Shown in pieces: positions 9,489 through 18,336 of a stretch of DNA of 64,000 nt (position 1 is its first letter; each line of letters starts with the position of its first letter). The stretch spans positions 333,828-397,827 of the forward strand of contig CACNXQ010000001.1 in the NCBI GenBank assembly GCA_902624455.1, read 5' to 3'. The notes under the pieces are model-generated. The model saw nothing but the letters and a program-made list of their open reading frames with translations. It did no database searches and was not told the origin of the DNA. The position numbers were made by a program, and so were the translations under genes. The DNA comes from an uncultured Pelagibacteraceae bacterium (lineage in GTDB: Bacteria; Pseudomonadota; Alphaproteobacteria; Pelagibacterales; AG-422-B15).

Positions 9489-10556
9489 ATGGAACAAGGT
9501 CAGATACTTAAGTCTAATGACTTAACTAAATTCATAGTAAATTCTCAATTATTTAAGAATAGTCCGTTCTCACTTATAGATGTTGGTTGTAGTGGAGGGA
9601 TATCAAGCATTTGGAACATTTATGAGCCTCACTTGAAAGCCTACGGTATTGACCCAGTGATCTCAGAGTGCGAAAATCTTAATAAAAATAAAACAAGTAA
9701 AAATATTAATTACTTTCCTGCTTTAATCGGTTTAGACAAAAAGAACAAGCATTATCAAAAAGTCAAAGATGCTGCCAATAATATCAATAATCCCTGGGAT
9801 GAGTTAAGTGCAAAATTGGGCTCTGATATTTTAAATGATAAGATTAAAACTGAGAATAAACTCTCAGTTTTAAATAATTGGAATAATCAAGATTTAGTCA
9901 GTGAAAGTGATCAAATCTCTCTAAGTGAGTTTGTAAAAGTAAAAGAGATTGATAACCTTGATTTTATTAAGATTGACATTGATGGTAATGATTTTGAAGT
10001 TCTTTTATCCTTAGACAACTTACCATATGATTACTCTGTATGTGGATTTGCTTTAGAGGTAAATTTTTATGGTGGAATTAACTCCTATGAACACACTTTC
10101 CATAACACGGATTTATTTATGAAGAAACTTGGCTATCAGCTTTTTGATTTATCAATTAGAAGATACTCGTTGTCAAGCCTACCTTCACCCTTTGAATATA
10201 ACATTCCCGCTCAAACTATTAACGGAAGACCCTATCAGGGTGATGCAATATATTTACTTGATCCACTTATGATGAAAAATAGTAATAACAACAGAATTGA
10301 CATTTCTTCTGACCCAGTAAAGTTATTAAAATTGACATGTTTATTTGAAAACTTTGGTTTATATGATCATGCAGCAAGAATAATAATTGATTTTAAAGAA
10401 GTTATAAGAGAGTACGTAAATACTTCAGATTTGTTAGATATATTAGTTAGACAAATTAACCCAAATTACAAAAGTTATGATGAATACATAAATTCATTTG
10501 AAAAAGATCCAGAGTCATTTTTTAGATCATCGTGGGACAATACAAAAAATGCCTAG
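9489..10556 (+). CDS. FkbM-family methyltransferase (Methyltransf_21-like)
   Basis: SLIDVGCSGG SAM-binding region and DFIKIDIDGNDFEVL, the hallmark FkbM block. Confidence 0.65.
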   Translation: MEQGQILKSNDLTKFIVNSQLFKNSPFSLIDVGCSGGISSIWNIYEPHLKAYGIDPVISECENLNKNKTSKNINYFPALIGLDKKNKHYQKVKDAANNINNPWDELSAKLGSDILNDKIKTENKLSVLNNWNNQDLVSESDQISLSEFVKVKEIDNLDFIKIDIDGNDFEVLLSLDNLPYDYSVCGFALEVNFYGGINSYEHTFHNTDLFMKKLGYQLFDLSIRRYSLSSLPSPFEYNIPAQTINGRPYQGDAIYLLDPLMMKNSNNNRIDISSDPVKLLKLTCLFENFGLYDHAARIIIDFKEVIREYVNTSDLLDILVRQINPNYKSYDEYINSFEKDPESFFRSSWDNTKNA

Positions 10557-11691
10557 TATACCTTTTAACAGACCTTACCTAACAGGAAATGAGATAAAGA
10601 ATATTACAGATGCTCATGAAAGAAATCAACTTTCAGGTGATGGACACTATACAAAATTATGTAATGAGTGGTTAGAAAAAAATTTGAATACTAAAAAAGC
10701 CCTTATAACTCACTCTTGTACAGCAGCCTTAGAACTTTCTGCAATTGCAATCGATATTTCTCCAGGAGATGAAGTAATAATGCCCTCATATACCTTTGTT
10801 TCAACTGCAAATGCATTCGTTATCAGAGGTGCAAAACCTGTTTTTATTGATGTGAATTTGGACGACCTCACACTTGATGTTAATAAAATAGAGCCTGCGA
10901 TAACAAATAAGACAAAAGCAATTGTTGTAGTTCATTACGCAGGTATTTCAGCCAAGATGAAAGAAATTTTAGAAATAGCAAAAAAATATAATCTGTTTGT
11001 TATTGAGGACGCCGCGCAAGCGATTCTATCAAAATACAAAAGTGATTATCTAGGAACCATTGGAGATTTAGGATGTTTAAGTTTTCATGAAACAAAAAAT
11101 GTGGTTTGTGGTGAGGGAGGGGCAATACTAGTCAATAATGAAAATTTAATTGAAAAAGTTATAATAGCTCGTGAAAAAGGTACAAATAGATCAAATTTTC
11201 TAGCAGGTAAAGTTGATAAGTATACATGGGTTGATGTAGGTTCTTCATACCTGCCTGGAGAAATAATTGCTGCATTCCTTTTGGCTCAGCTTGAGTCTGC
11301 CGAGACAATCATTTCAAAAAGGAAAAGTTACAATAAACTTTATCAAGACTTCTTTTTAGAATATAGAGATATGAAAGATTTTAGTATTCCAAATGACTCA
11401 ATTGTTACAAAGTCCAACGGTCATACTTATTATTTAATTTTTAATGATATTAAAAAAAGAAACCTTTTTATTTCTGAATGTGACAAAGAGGGACTAAAAT
11501 GTACTTTTCACTATGTACCGCTTCATTCTTCAACTGCCGGAGAAAAATACGGAAGTACCTCTGGAACTTTACACAATACTGACTACATTTCGAATGGACT
11601 TGTAAGACTTCCAGTTTGGATTGGTATCGATCGCGAAATAGAATTAATATTTGGTATTTTAAAAAAAATAATTAAAAATAATTTTAATTAA
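10549..11691 (+). CDS. WecE/RffA-like dTDP-4-keto-6-deoxyhexose aminotransferase (DegT family)
   Basis: MPSIPFNRPYLTGNE...SGDGHYTKLCNEWLE resembles the WecE N-terminus. PLP-lysine block SFHETKNVVCGEGGAILV. Start moved from the ORF-track 10498 to ATG 10549, giving an 8-nt overlap with the upstream stop. Confidence 0.8.
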   Translation: MPSIPFNRPYLTGNEIKNITDAHERNQLSGDGHYTKLCNEWLEKNLNTKKALITHSCTAALELSAIAIDISPGDEVIMPSYTFVSTANAFVIRGAKPVFIDVNLDDLTLDVNKIEPAITNKTKAIVVVHYAGISAKMKEILEIAKKYNLFVIEDAAQAILSKYKSDYLGTIGDLGCLSFHETKNVVCGEGGAILVNNENLIEKVIIAREKGTNRSNFLAGKVDKYTWVDVGSSYLPGEIIAAFLLAQLESAETIISKRKSYNKLYQDFFLEYRDMKDFSIPNDSIVTKSNGHTYYLIFNDIKKRNLFISECDKEGLKCTFHYVPLHSSTAGEKYGSTSGTLHNTDYISNGLVRLPVWIGIDREIELIFGILKKIIKNNFN

Positions 11692-11708
11692 AATTAAAAA
11701 AAATTTGA

Positions 11709-13400
11709 ATGCGAAATAAAACTTACCTTTCTGTTGTTGCAGTATCAAGAAATGATAATCATGGTGGCGATCCGCTTATAAGAACACAAATATTTATCAA
11801 TTGTTTAGCCGAACAATGTAAAATTTATAAAATTCAAACTGAACTTATTATTGTTGACTGGAACCCAGTTGAAAATGAGAAATTACTTAAAGATGTTTTA
11901 ATTGCACCAGAAAGCGAATACTTCGAATTAAAGTTTGTGGTTGTGCCTACTGAGCTTCACAATAAATTTAAGTATAGCGAGAGCCTTCCATTATTTCAAA
12001 TGATCGGTAAAAATGTAGGCATTAGACGAGCACAAGGCAAATTCATCTTAGCTACAAACATAGATATTATTTTTTCAAATGAACTAATGTCATTTATCGG
12101 TAAAAAAAATTTAAAGGAAAATGAAGTATATCGCTTGGACCGTTTTGACATAAGATCTGGACTAGAAGTAAATACAACTCTAAGTGAAGCCTTAACATTC
12201 GCCTGGGAAAATGTTTATTACAAAAATACTAGATTTTGTGACGATGAACTAAAGGAGGCTATTTATGGTAATTTAAAAGATAATCTGGCAAAACCAAATG
12301 TTGAATACTTAAAAAAAAGGGACTACCCAATCGTTTATGAGGACAGTGGAAACTTTGGAATTAGATCACCAAAAAAAGTAAATTATATGGAACTTCACAC
12401 AAATGCATGTGGAGATTTTACATTAATGTCAAAAAAAGGGTGGGAGGAGATTAGAGGTTACGCTGAATTCGAGGCTTACTCATTTAATATTGACAGTTGT
12501 GGTTTAATTTCAGCGCATTTTAATGGTTATAGAGAAATTTCACTTCTTCCACCCATGGTGTGTTTTCATATTGAACATTCGCTTGGCTCAGGTTGGAGTC
12601 TTGATGGCGAGACAAAACTTTTTAATCGTTTGGAAAAATCTAAAATTTTAAATCCAGAATGGCCTGTCTTAATAAATCTATTTGACGAAATACTTTCAAC
12701 TAAAGATGGAAGGCTTATATTCAATAATGAGCACTGGGGTATGTCTAAATTTGACTTAAATGACAGGAATTGCACTACCGAAAGCATGAAAACCATCAAC
12801 GTATCATCATTAATAGCTCAACTGGATCTTGATCTGCAAAGTTACTGGCTACTTAGAACGGATGAAGACCAAATGAAAAAATATCTCAATCATAAGTTTG
12901 ATCATGAAAACTTTGTTAATACATTTTATGACACATTTACAAGCAAGATTTATGTACCAGATACACTCGGTCGTTTTTCAGAAAAAAACAGTGTTACTAG
13001 AGACTCTATCTATGTAGGTGATATTTATTACAAATTAACTTTTCTTTTTAAGGGATGGAAAAATAATTATCCTGTAAGATTTGACCCATTTGATAATTTG
13101 GGTGAAGGTGAGATTACTAAAATTCTACTAATCAATAAAGATGCTAAAAAGGTTGAGATAAATTATCAAGGCGGTGACTTACATCAATTTGTACATCCAA
13201 TGAACGATATAAAGGTAGATAATACCAATCCTAAAAATTATTTTAATTTTAAGTCAACTGGTAAAGATCCATTTTTCTATATTAATATAGGGAATAATAC
13301 CAAAAAAGGGATAGAATATGAACTTCAAATCATATCATCAATTAACAACTATGAAAAAAAAGCTGTATCAACTCAGACATTAATTAAGGTTGACACTTAA
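11709..13400 (+). CDS. Hypothetical protein, probable GT-A-fold glycosyltransferase N-terminal half with unknown C-terminal domain
   Basis: LSVVAVSRNDNHGG...ELIIVDWNP and ILATNIDIIF resemble a GT-A nucleotide-binding core. ACGDFTLMSKKGWEEIRGY resembles the GT-A C-terminal region. The last roughly 200 aa are unassigned. Confidence 0.4.
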   Translation: MRNKTYLSVVAVSRNDNHGGDPLIRTQIFINCLAEQCKIYKIQTELIIVDWNPVENEKLLKDVLIAPESEYFELKFVVVPTELHNKFKYSESLPLFQMIGKNVGIRRAQGKFILATNIDIIFSNELMSFIGKKNLKENEVYRLDRFDIRSGLEVNTTLSEALTFAWENVYYKNTRFCDDELKEAIYGNLKDNLAKPNVEYLKKRDYPIVYEDSGNFGIRSPKKVNYMELHTNACGDFTLMSKKGWEEIRGYAEFEAYSFNIDSCGLISAHFNGYREISLLPPMVCFHIEHSLGSGWSLDGETKLFNRLEKSKILNPEWPVLINLFDEILSTKDGRLIFNNEHWGMSKFDLNDRNCTTESMKTINVSSLIAQLDLDLQSYWLLRTDEDQMKKYLNHKFDHENFVNTFYDTFTSKIYVPDTLGRFSEKNSVTRDSIYVGDIYYKLTFLFKGWKNNYPVRFDPFDNLGEGEITKILLINKDAKKVEINYQGGDLHQFVHPMNDIKVDNTNPKNYFNFKSTGKDPFFYINIGNNTKKGIEYELQIISSINNYEKKAVSTQTLIKVDT

Positions 13401-13423
13401 GATAAAAAAAATAAATAAGTAGT

Positions 13424-14788
13424 ATGGATTTCAAAAATGTTGCAGTTATAGGTTGTGGTAAGCTTGGCGGCACCATGGTAGGTTGTTTAGCAAGTAGAGG
13501 CTTTAATGTCACTGCTGTAGACGTATCTGAGGCTGCTGTTAATGCTCTTAATAATGGTGAAGCACCGGCACAAGAAAATGGATTAGATGAACTTATTGCA
13601 GCAAATAAAGAGAAGATAACAGCTACAATGTCTCACGAAGATGCAATCCTAAAAAGTGATATTAGTTTTGTTATAATTCCAACGCCAAGCGATAAAAGTG
13701 GTGCTTTCACAAATCAATATGCAATTCACGCATTTAAAGAAATTGGAAAAGCACTTGCAAAAAAAGACTCTTATCATACAGTTGTTTTAACAAGCACAGT
13801 AATGCCTGGCTCTACACGATCAGTATTGTTGCCGGTACTTGAGGAAAACTCGGGAAAAAAATGTGGTGAAGATTTCGGTCTTTGTTATTCACCTGAATTC
13901 ATAGCCCTTGGAACAGTCATTAGAGACTATCTTAATCCTGACTTTTATCTAGTTGGAGAGTTTGATAAACAATCTGGAGATTATCTTGAATATGTTAACA
14001 ATGCTGTAGCACTCAATCATGCACCAACTAAAAGAATGACTCTAGAAAATGCAGAACTTGCAAAGATTGCTGTTAATAGTTTTGTAACAATGAAAATAAG
14101 TTATGCCAATATGCTCGCTGATATGTGTGAAAAAATCCCAGGCGGTAATGTTGATGTTGTTTCAGATGCTCTAGGGATGGATAAAAGAATAGGCAGACAC
14201 TATCTCACCGGTGGTTTTGGATACGGAGGACCATGTTTTCCACGTGACAATGTCGCATTAGACTATGCTGGAAGAAAGCTCGGTGCTAATACTATTTTGC
14301 TGAGGACTAATGATGACTTCAATAGAAATATATCTCCAAGAATCGTAGAAAGAATAAATACCTATCTAAATGCTGACGATACCGTTTCAGTATTAGGTTT
14401 GTCTTACAAACCATTATCACATCTCATTGAAGAGTCTCCAGGTATTTATTTATGCGACTCACTTGCTAGTATGGGATATAGAGTTCTAGGATATGATCCA
14501 CTTGCAAATGAATATGCGAAACAGGCTCTAAAAAACACCCTCATCCTTGACGACTTAGAAGAATGCTTAAATCAGTCAAATGTTATTTTGGTAACCAATA
14601 ACGACGACGTGTTTACATCCTTGTCTGCCAATGATTATCTTGGGAATAAGGATAGTGTTACTATTGTTGACTTCTGGCGCTGTCTACCCGATGAAATTAA
14701 AAACGATTCAAGAATTACTTATGTTCCTCTTGGTAAATGCTTGGATGATGAAACAGCAGCTAAAAATCTTTCTTCTTTATGGAATTAG
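13424..14788 (+). CDS. Nucleotide-sugar dehydrogenase (UDP-glucose/GDP-mannose dehydrogenase family), copy 2
   Basis: VIGCGKLGGTMVGCLA, CYSPEFIALG, GGPCFPRDN, GLSYKP. Colinear with copy 1 at 1206-2558. Confidence 0.85.
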   Translation: MDFKNVAVIGCGKLGGTMVGCLASRGFNVTAVDVSEAAVNALNNGEAPAQENGLDELIAANKEKITATMSHEDAILKSDISFVIIPTPSDKSGAFTNQYAIHAFKEIGKALAKKDSYHTVVLTSTVMPGSTRSVLLPVLEENSGKKCGEDFGLCYSPEFIALGTVIRDYLNPDFYLVGEFDKQSGDYLEYVNNAVALNHAPTKRMTLENAELAKIAVNSFVTMKISYANMLADMCEKIPGGNVDVVSDALGMDKRIGRHYLTGGFGYGGPCFPRDNVALDYAGRKLGANTILLRTNDDFNRNISPRIVERINTYLNADDTVSVLGLSYKPLSHLIEESPGIYLCDSLASMGYRVLGYDPLANEYAKQALKNTLILDDLEECLNQSNVILVTNNDDVFTSLSANDYLGNKDSVTIVDFWRCLPDEIKNDSRITYVPLGKCLDDETAAKNLSSLWN

Positions 14789-14883
14789 ATTTTTAATATT
14801 TTATAAGTTTTTTTGTCTATATTGCGTCTATCTATAGTTAAAATCTTTACTTTTTGTAATTACTAATGCAATAAGTAACTAAG

Positions 14884-17800
14884 ATGAATATTCTATTTGT
14901 TTTCTACGGAGACGCGAGATCTAACTCATTTAATCCTCTGGATATTCTCATGCGATCGCTTTATGACAGGGGTCATAATATAGCCGTAGCAATGCCCAAC
15001 AATGCCAAAGCGATAAGTCCTAAATATAAATCTTTTACATTCCAAAAAATATTTAAAAATAATTTAAAAATTTTCAGAAATAATAATACAGCTGATATTT
15101 TACATGTTATCTCACCAAGGTCAGTTAATATTAATTTTTTATCCAAATATTTAAAAATAAAACCTACACCCTTTTTAGTTTTTCTTGAGGACAATGAAAC
15201 TTATATAACAAAAAACATAATAAATAAATTTGTTGGTAAAGAATACTTAATGAGTGACAATGATTATATTAATATTTTAGGTGGCCAACTTACAAAAAAA
15301 TCAGCTTATATTAGCACACTTCTTTTAGCAGATAAAATAGTAACAATTAATGAAACCATTCAAAATGATTTTCCAATCAAGCTAAATTTTGAAAACATTT
15401 TACCTGGAATTGATCTTGAATTTTTTTCAAATAAGGTAAATCCATCAGATAATTTTTTAAAAAAATATCAACTCGACTTAAAAAAAAATAAATATATTAC
15501 ATTTCCAGGAGGAATTAATTATTTTACTCTTAAACCGGCAATAGAATTGATAAAAGGAGTAAATCTTTACAACAGAAAAAATAATCAAAATATTCAATTG
15601 ATTTTTTCTGGTCCGGATGGTCCAGAAAGAGAAAAAATAAATGATTTTGTTAAAAAAAATAATATTCAAAACTTTAGATACATTGGTTTTATAGATAGAA
15701 AAAATATGCCGAATTTTCTATCAATTTCTGAAATATTGATACAACCAGGTAAGCAAAATGATTTTGAAGAGCTTAGATTTCCAGGAAAGATAGCTGAATA
15801 TTTGGCCATGGGCAAACCTGTCATATTGCCAAACACTAGCATCGCTAGAAAAATTAACTTAAAAGTCAAATCTGAAATTTTGCTTAATGGAAACTCTACT
15901 GAAATTGCAGAAAAACTAAGATTATTACTTAGCGACAATCATCGGTTAAAGCAAATTTCTATGTCGAGTCGAAAATATGCAGAATTGAATTTTGATATTA
16001 GATCCACAGTAAAGAAGTATGAGTTAATTTATTTCAAAATAAGAAAAAACACTAAAAAATTCAATATATTAAGAGATATTTCGTTTAATAATATTGAGGT
16101 AAGTGCAATAAAAATTCTTTTAGAAAACTATAAAAACAAAAATAAAGAACTATTGTTAAATTTAATTAGTAAAATAAATAAAGATAGAACAGAGAAGGAT
16201 ATAAATTATTTTTTAGTCAGAAACAAAAATGAAAAACTTATTCATCTCGAAGAGTCTTTTGATAGGCTCGCAATAAAATATAACAAGCAAGTTGAAAATA
16301 GTAGAAATGAGATTGAAAAACTTCAAAAAGAGATACAAGTTAGAGATAATCAAATACATGGCTTGCTTACTTCGAAAAGTTGGAAAATTACAAAACCAAT
16401 TCGGATTATATATCAACTTCTAAAACTGATAAGAAGCTGTTTTGTACTTATCAAGTTCTTGAATACTAGAAATATAAAAAAAATAATACAATATTTACCA
16501 CGTGATAAAAAACTGAGTAATACCATAAAAACTATTAATCACTACGCAGAGCAGTTAAACAATAAAAAAATATTTGTTAATCGATATAATGAGTGGATTC
16601 AAAGAGAAGAGGATTTTAATTTAAACGATGTTAAAGTAATAAGAAATAAATTACAGAGCATTAAATTAAAGACAAAGTTTTCAATTTGTATGCCTGTATT
16701 TAATCCTAATCCGATTTATTTAAAAGAAGCAATAGACTCAGTAATAAATCAAATTTATCAAAACTGGGAATTATGTATTGCTGATGATGCGTCAACTAAT
16801 CCTGAGATAAGAAAGATTTTAAAATACTATGAATCACAGTACAGAAATATAAAAGTTATTTATCGTAAAGAAAATGGCCATATTTCAAAAGCATCAAATT
16901 CTGCTATAAGAGTTTGTACTGGAGACTATATAGGTTTTTTAGATCATGACGATAAATTATCACCTCATGCACTTCTATGGGTCGCTGCAGAAACAAAAAA
17001 TAATCCAAGAGCTCAAATAATATATTCAGATGAAGATAAAATAAATGAAGCTGGAAATCATGATGGACCATATTTTAAGCCCAATTTTAGTCCTGAACTA
17101 TTCTATTCGCATAATCTTATAACTCATTTTGCAATTTATAAAAAAAATATCATTAAAAAAATAAAAGGTTTTAGAAGTAAGTTTGATGGAGCACAAGACT
17201 ATGATCTTGCCCTTAGGGCTCTTTCGGAATGTGGTGAAAAAAATATTTCTCACATTCCAAAGATACTATATCACTGGAGACAGCATTCGGATAGTACTGC
17301 GTTAGACAGTAACGCTAAGCCATATGCAATGTTAGCTGGTGAAAAAGCACTAAACGAGTATTTTAATTCAAACAAAATTCCATATAAAGTAAAATATATT
17401 GGCAGTGCTTATAAACTTCTTGGAAAACTTCCTAAATCAAATCCTAAAATTAGTATAATTATACCATCAAATAATCTTGATAATTTAAAAATTTGTATAA
17501 ATAGTATTATTAAAAAATCTACTTACAAAAACTACGAAATTGTTGTGATTGCAAATAACAAGTTAAATGTAAAAGATGTAATTAATATTTTTCCAAATTT
17601 AATTAATTTAAAAGTTCTGAATTACAAAGGTGAATTTAACTACTCAAAGTTAAATAATTTTGGCGCAAAGAAATCTAAAGGTAAATATTTGTTGTTTTTA
17701 AATGATGATACTGAAGTAATTAGCTCAGACTGGCTGGAAGTCTTACTTGGGTTTGCTTCTATTAGAGAAGTTGGAGCTGTGGGATTAAAACTTATATATA

Positions 17801-18297
17801 AAAACAATACTGTGCAACATGGAGGTATTGTACTAGGTATCAATAATTGGGCTGGGCATGCTTTTAGAGGATTCCCAAAAGACTCTCCTGGATCTAATCA
17901 TCGACTGTCACTTGTATCAAATTTTTCAGCTGTTACTGCGGCTTGTTTAATGATCTCAAAAGTTAAATTTGATTTAGTAAGAGGTTTTAATGAAAAAGAA
18001 TTAAAAGTTGCATGCAATGATGTAGATTTTTGTTTAAGTTTAATGAATAAAGGCTACAGAAATGTATATTGTGGACATACTTCAATTTACCACTATGAGT
18101 CAATTTCAAGAGGTTATGAAGATACTCAAGAAAAGAAAAAACGTTTTGATCATGAATCTAGTTATGTAATTAACAAATGGAGAGATTTATTTAAAAATGA
18201 TCCTCACTATAATCCTAATTTAACTGATAAAACTGAAAATTTTGATTTAGCAGACAAACCTAGAATAGAAAAAATTCCTCAAATCATATATCAATAA
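14884..18297 (+). CDS. Three-domain glycosyltransferase: N-terminal GT4 (GT-B), coiled coil, then two tandem GT2 domains
   Basis: GT4: RFPGKIAEYLAMGKPVILPN. Coiled coil around aa 450-495, followed by SKSWKITKPIR (nt 16372-16404). GT2-1 from nt 16678: FSICMPVFNPNPIYLKEAIDSVINQIYQNWELCIADDAS. GT2-2 from nt 17449: ISIIIPSNNLDNLKICINSIIKKSTYKNYEIVVIANN. Confidence 0.8.
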   Translation: MNILFVFYGDARSNSFNPLDILMRSLYDRGHNIAVAMPNNAKAISPKYKSFTFQKIFKNNLKIFRNNNTADILHVISPRSVNINFLSKYLKIKPTPFLVFLEDNETYITKNIINKFVGKEYLMSDNDYINILGGQLTKKSAYISTLLLADKIVTINETIQNDFPIKLNFENILPGIDLEFFSNKVNPSDNFLKKYQLDLKKNKYITFPGGINYFTLKPAIELIKGVNLYNRKNNQNIQLIFSGPDGPEREKINDFVKKNNIQNFRYIGFIDRKNMPNFLSISEILIQPGKQNDFEELRFPGKIAEYLAMGKPVILPNTSIARKINLKVKSEILLNGNSTEIAEKLRLLLSDNHRLKQISMSSRKYAELNFDIRSTVKKYELIYFKIRKNTKKFNILRDISFNNIEVSAIKILLENYKNKNKELLLNLISKINKDRTEKDINYFLVRNKNEKLIHLEESFDRLAIKYNKQVENSRNEIEKLQKEIQVRDNQIHGLLTSKSWKITKPIRIIYQLLKLIRSCFVLIKFLNTRNIKKIIQYLPRDKKLSNTIKTINHYAEQLNNKKIFVNRYNEWIQREEDFNLNDVKVIRNKLQSIKLKTKFSICMPVFNPNPIYLKEAIDSVINQIYQNWELCIADDASTNPEIRKILKYYESQYRNIKVIYRKENGHISKASNSAIRVCTGDYIGFLDHDDKLSPHALLWVAAETKNNPRAQIIYSDEDKINEAGNHDGPYFKPNFSPELFYSHNLITHFAIYKKNIIKKIKGFRSKFDGAQDYDLALRALSECGEKNISHIPKILYHWRQHSDSTALDSNAKPYAMLAGEKALNEYFNSNKIPYKVKYIGSAYKLLGKLPKSNPKISIIIPSNNLDNLKICINSIIKKSTYKNYEIVVIANNKLNVKDVINIFPNLINLKVLNYKGEFNYSKLNNFGAKKSKGKYLLFLNDDTEVISSDWLEVLLGFASIREVGAVGLKLIYKNNTVQHGGIVLGINNWAGHAFRGFPKDSPGSNHRLSLVSNFSAVTAACLMISKVKFDLVRGFNEKELKVACNDVDFCLSLMNKGYRNVYCGHTSIYHYESISRGYEDTQEKKKRFDHESSYVINKWRDLFKNDPHYNPNLTDKTENFDLADKPRIEKIPQIIYQ

Positions 18298-18336
18298 AGG
18301 ACGTAAAATGCTTATGGTAAGATTTTAAATATCAAT

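Noticed and set aside
10498-10548. Longer ORF-track starts (10498 for the WecE-like gene, 21050 for the DprE2-like gene, 29575 for SET, 59232 for pal, 44673 for the oxidoreductase)
   Set aside because: The N-terminal extensions are not part of the conserved families and create long overlaps with upstream genes. Internal ATGs restore the family-typical N-termini and the short 4-14-nt overlaps characteristic of this genome.
13424-14788. Elevated GC of dehydrogenase copy 2 (and of the GME gene, about 39% in its first 100 nt) as proof of recent horizontal transfer
   Set aside because: A conserved stretch of core ftsH (the Walker A region) gives about 41% by the same hand count. Higher GC may therefore reflect amino-acid conservation rather than foreign origin. 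It is kept only as a low-interest observation.
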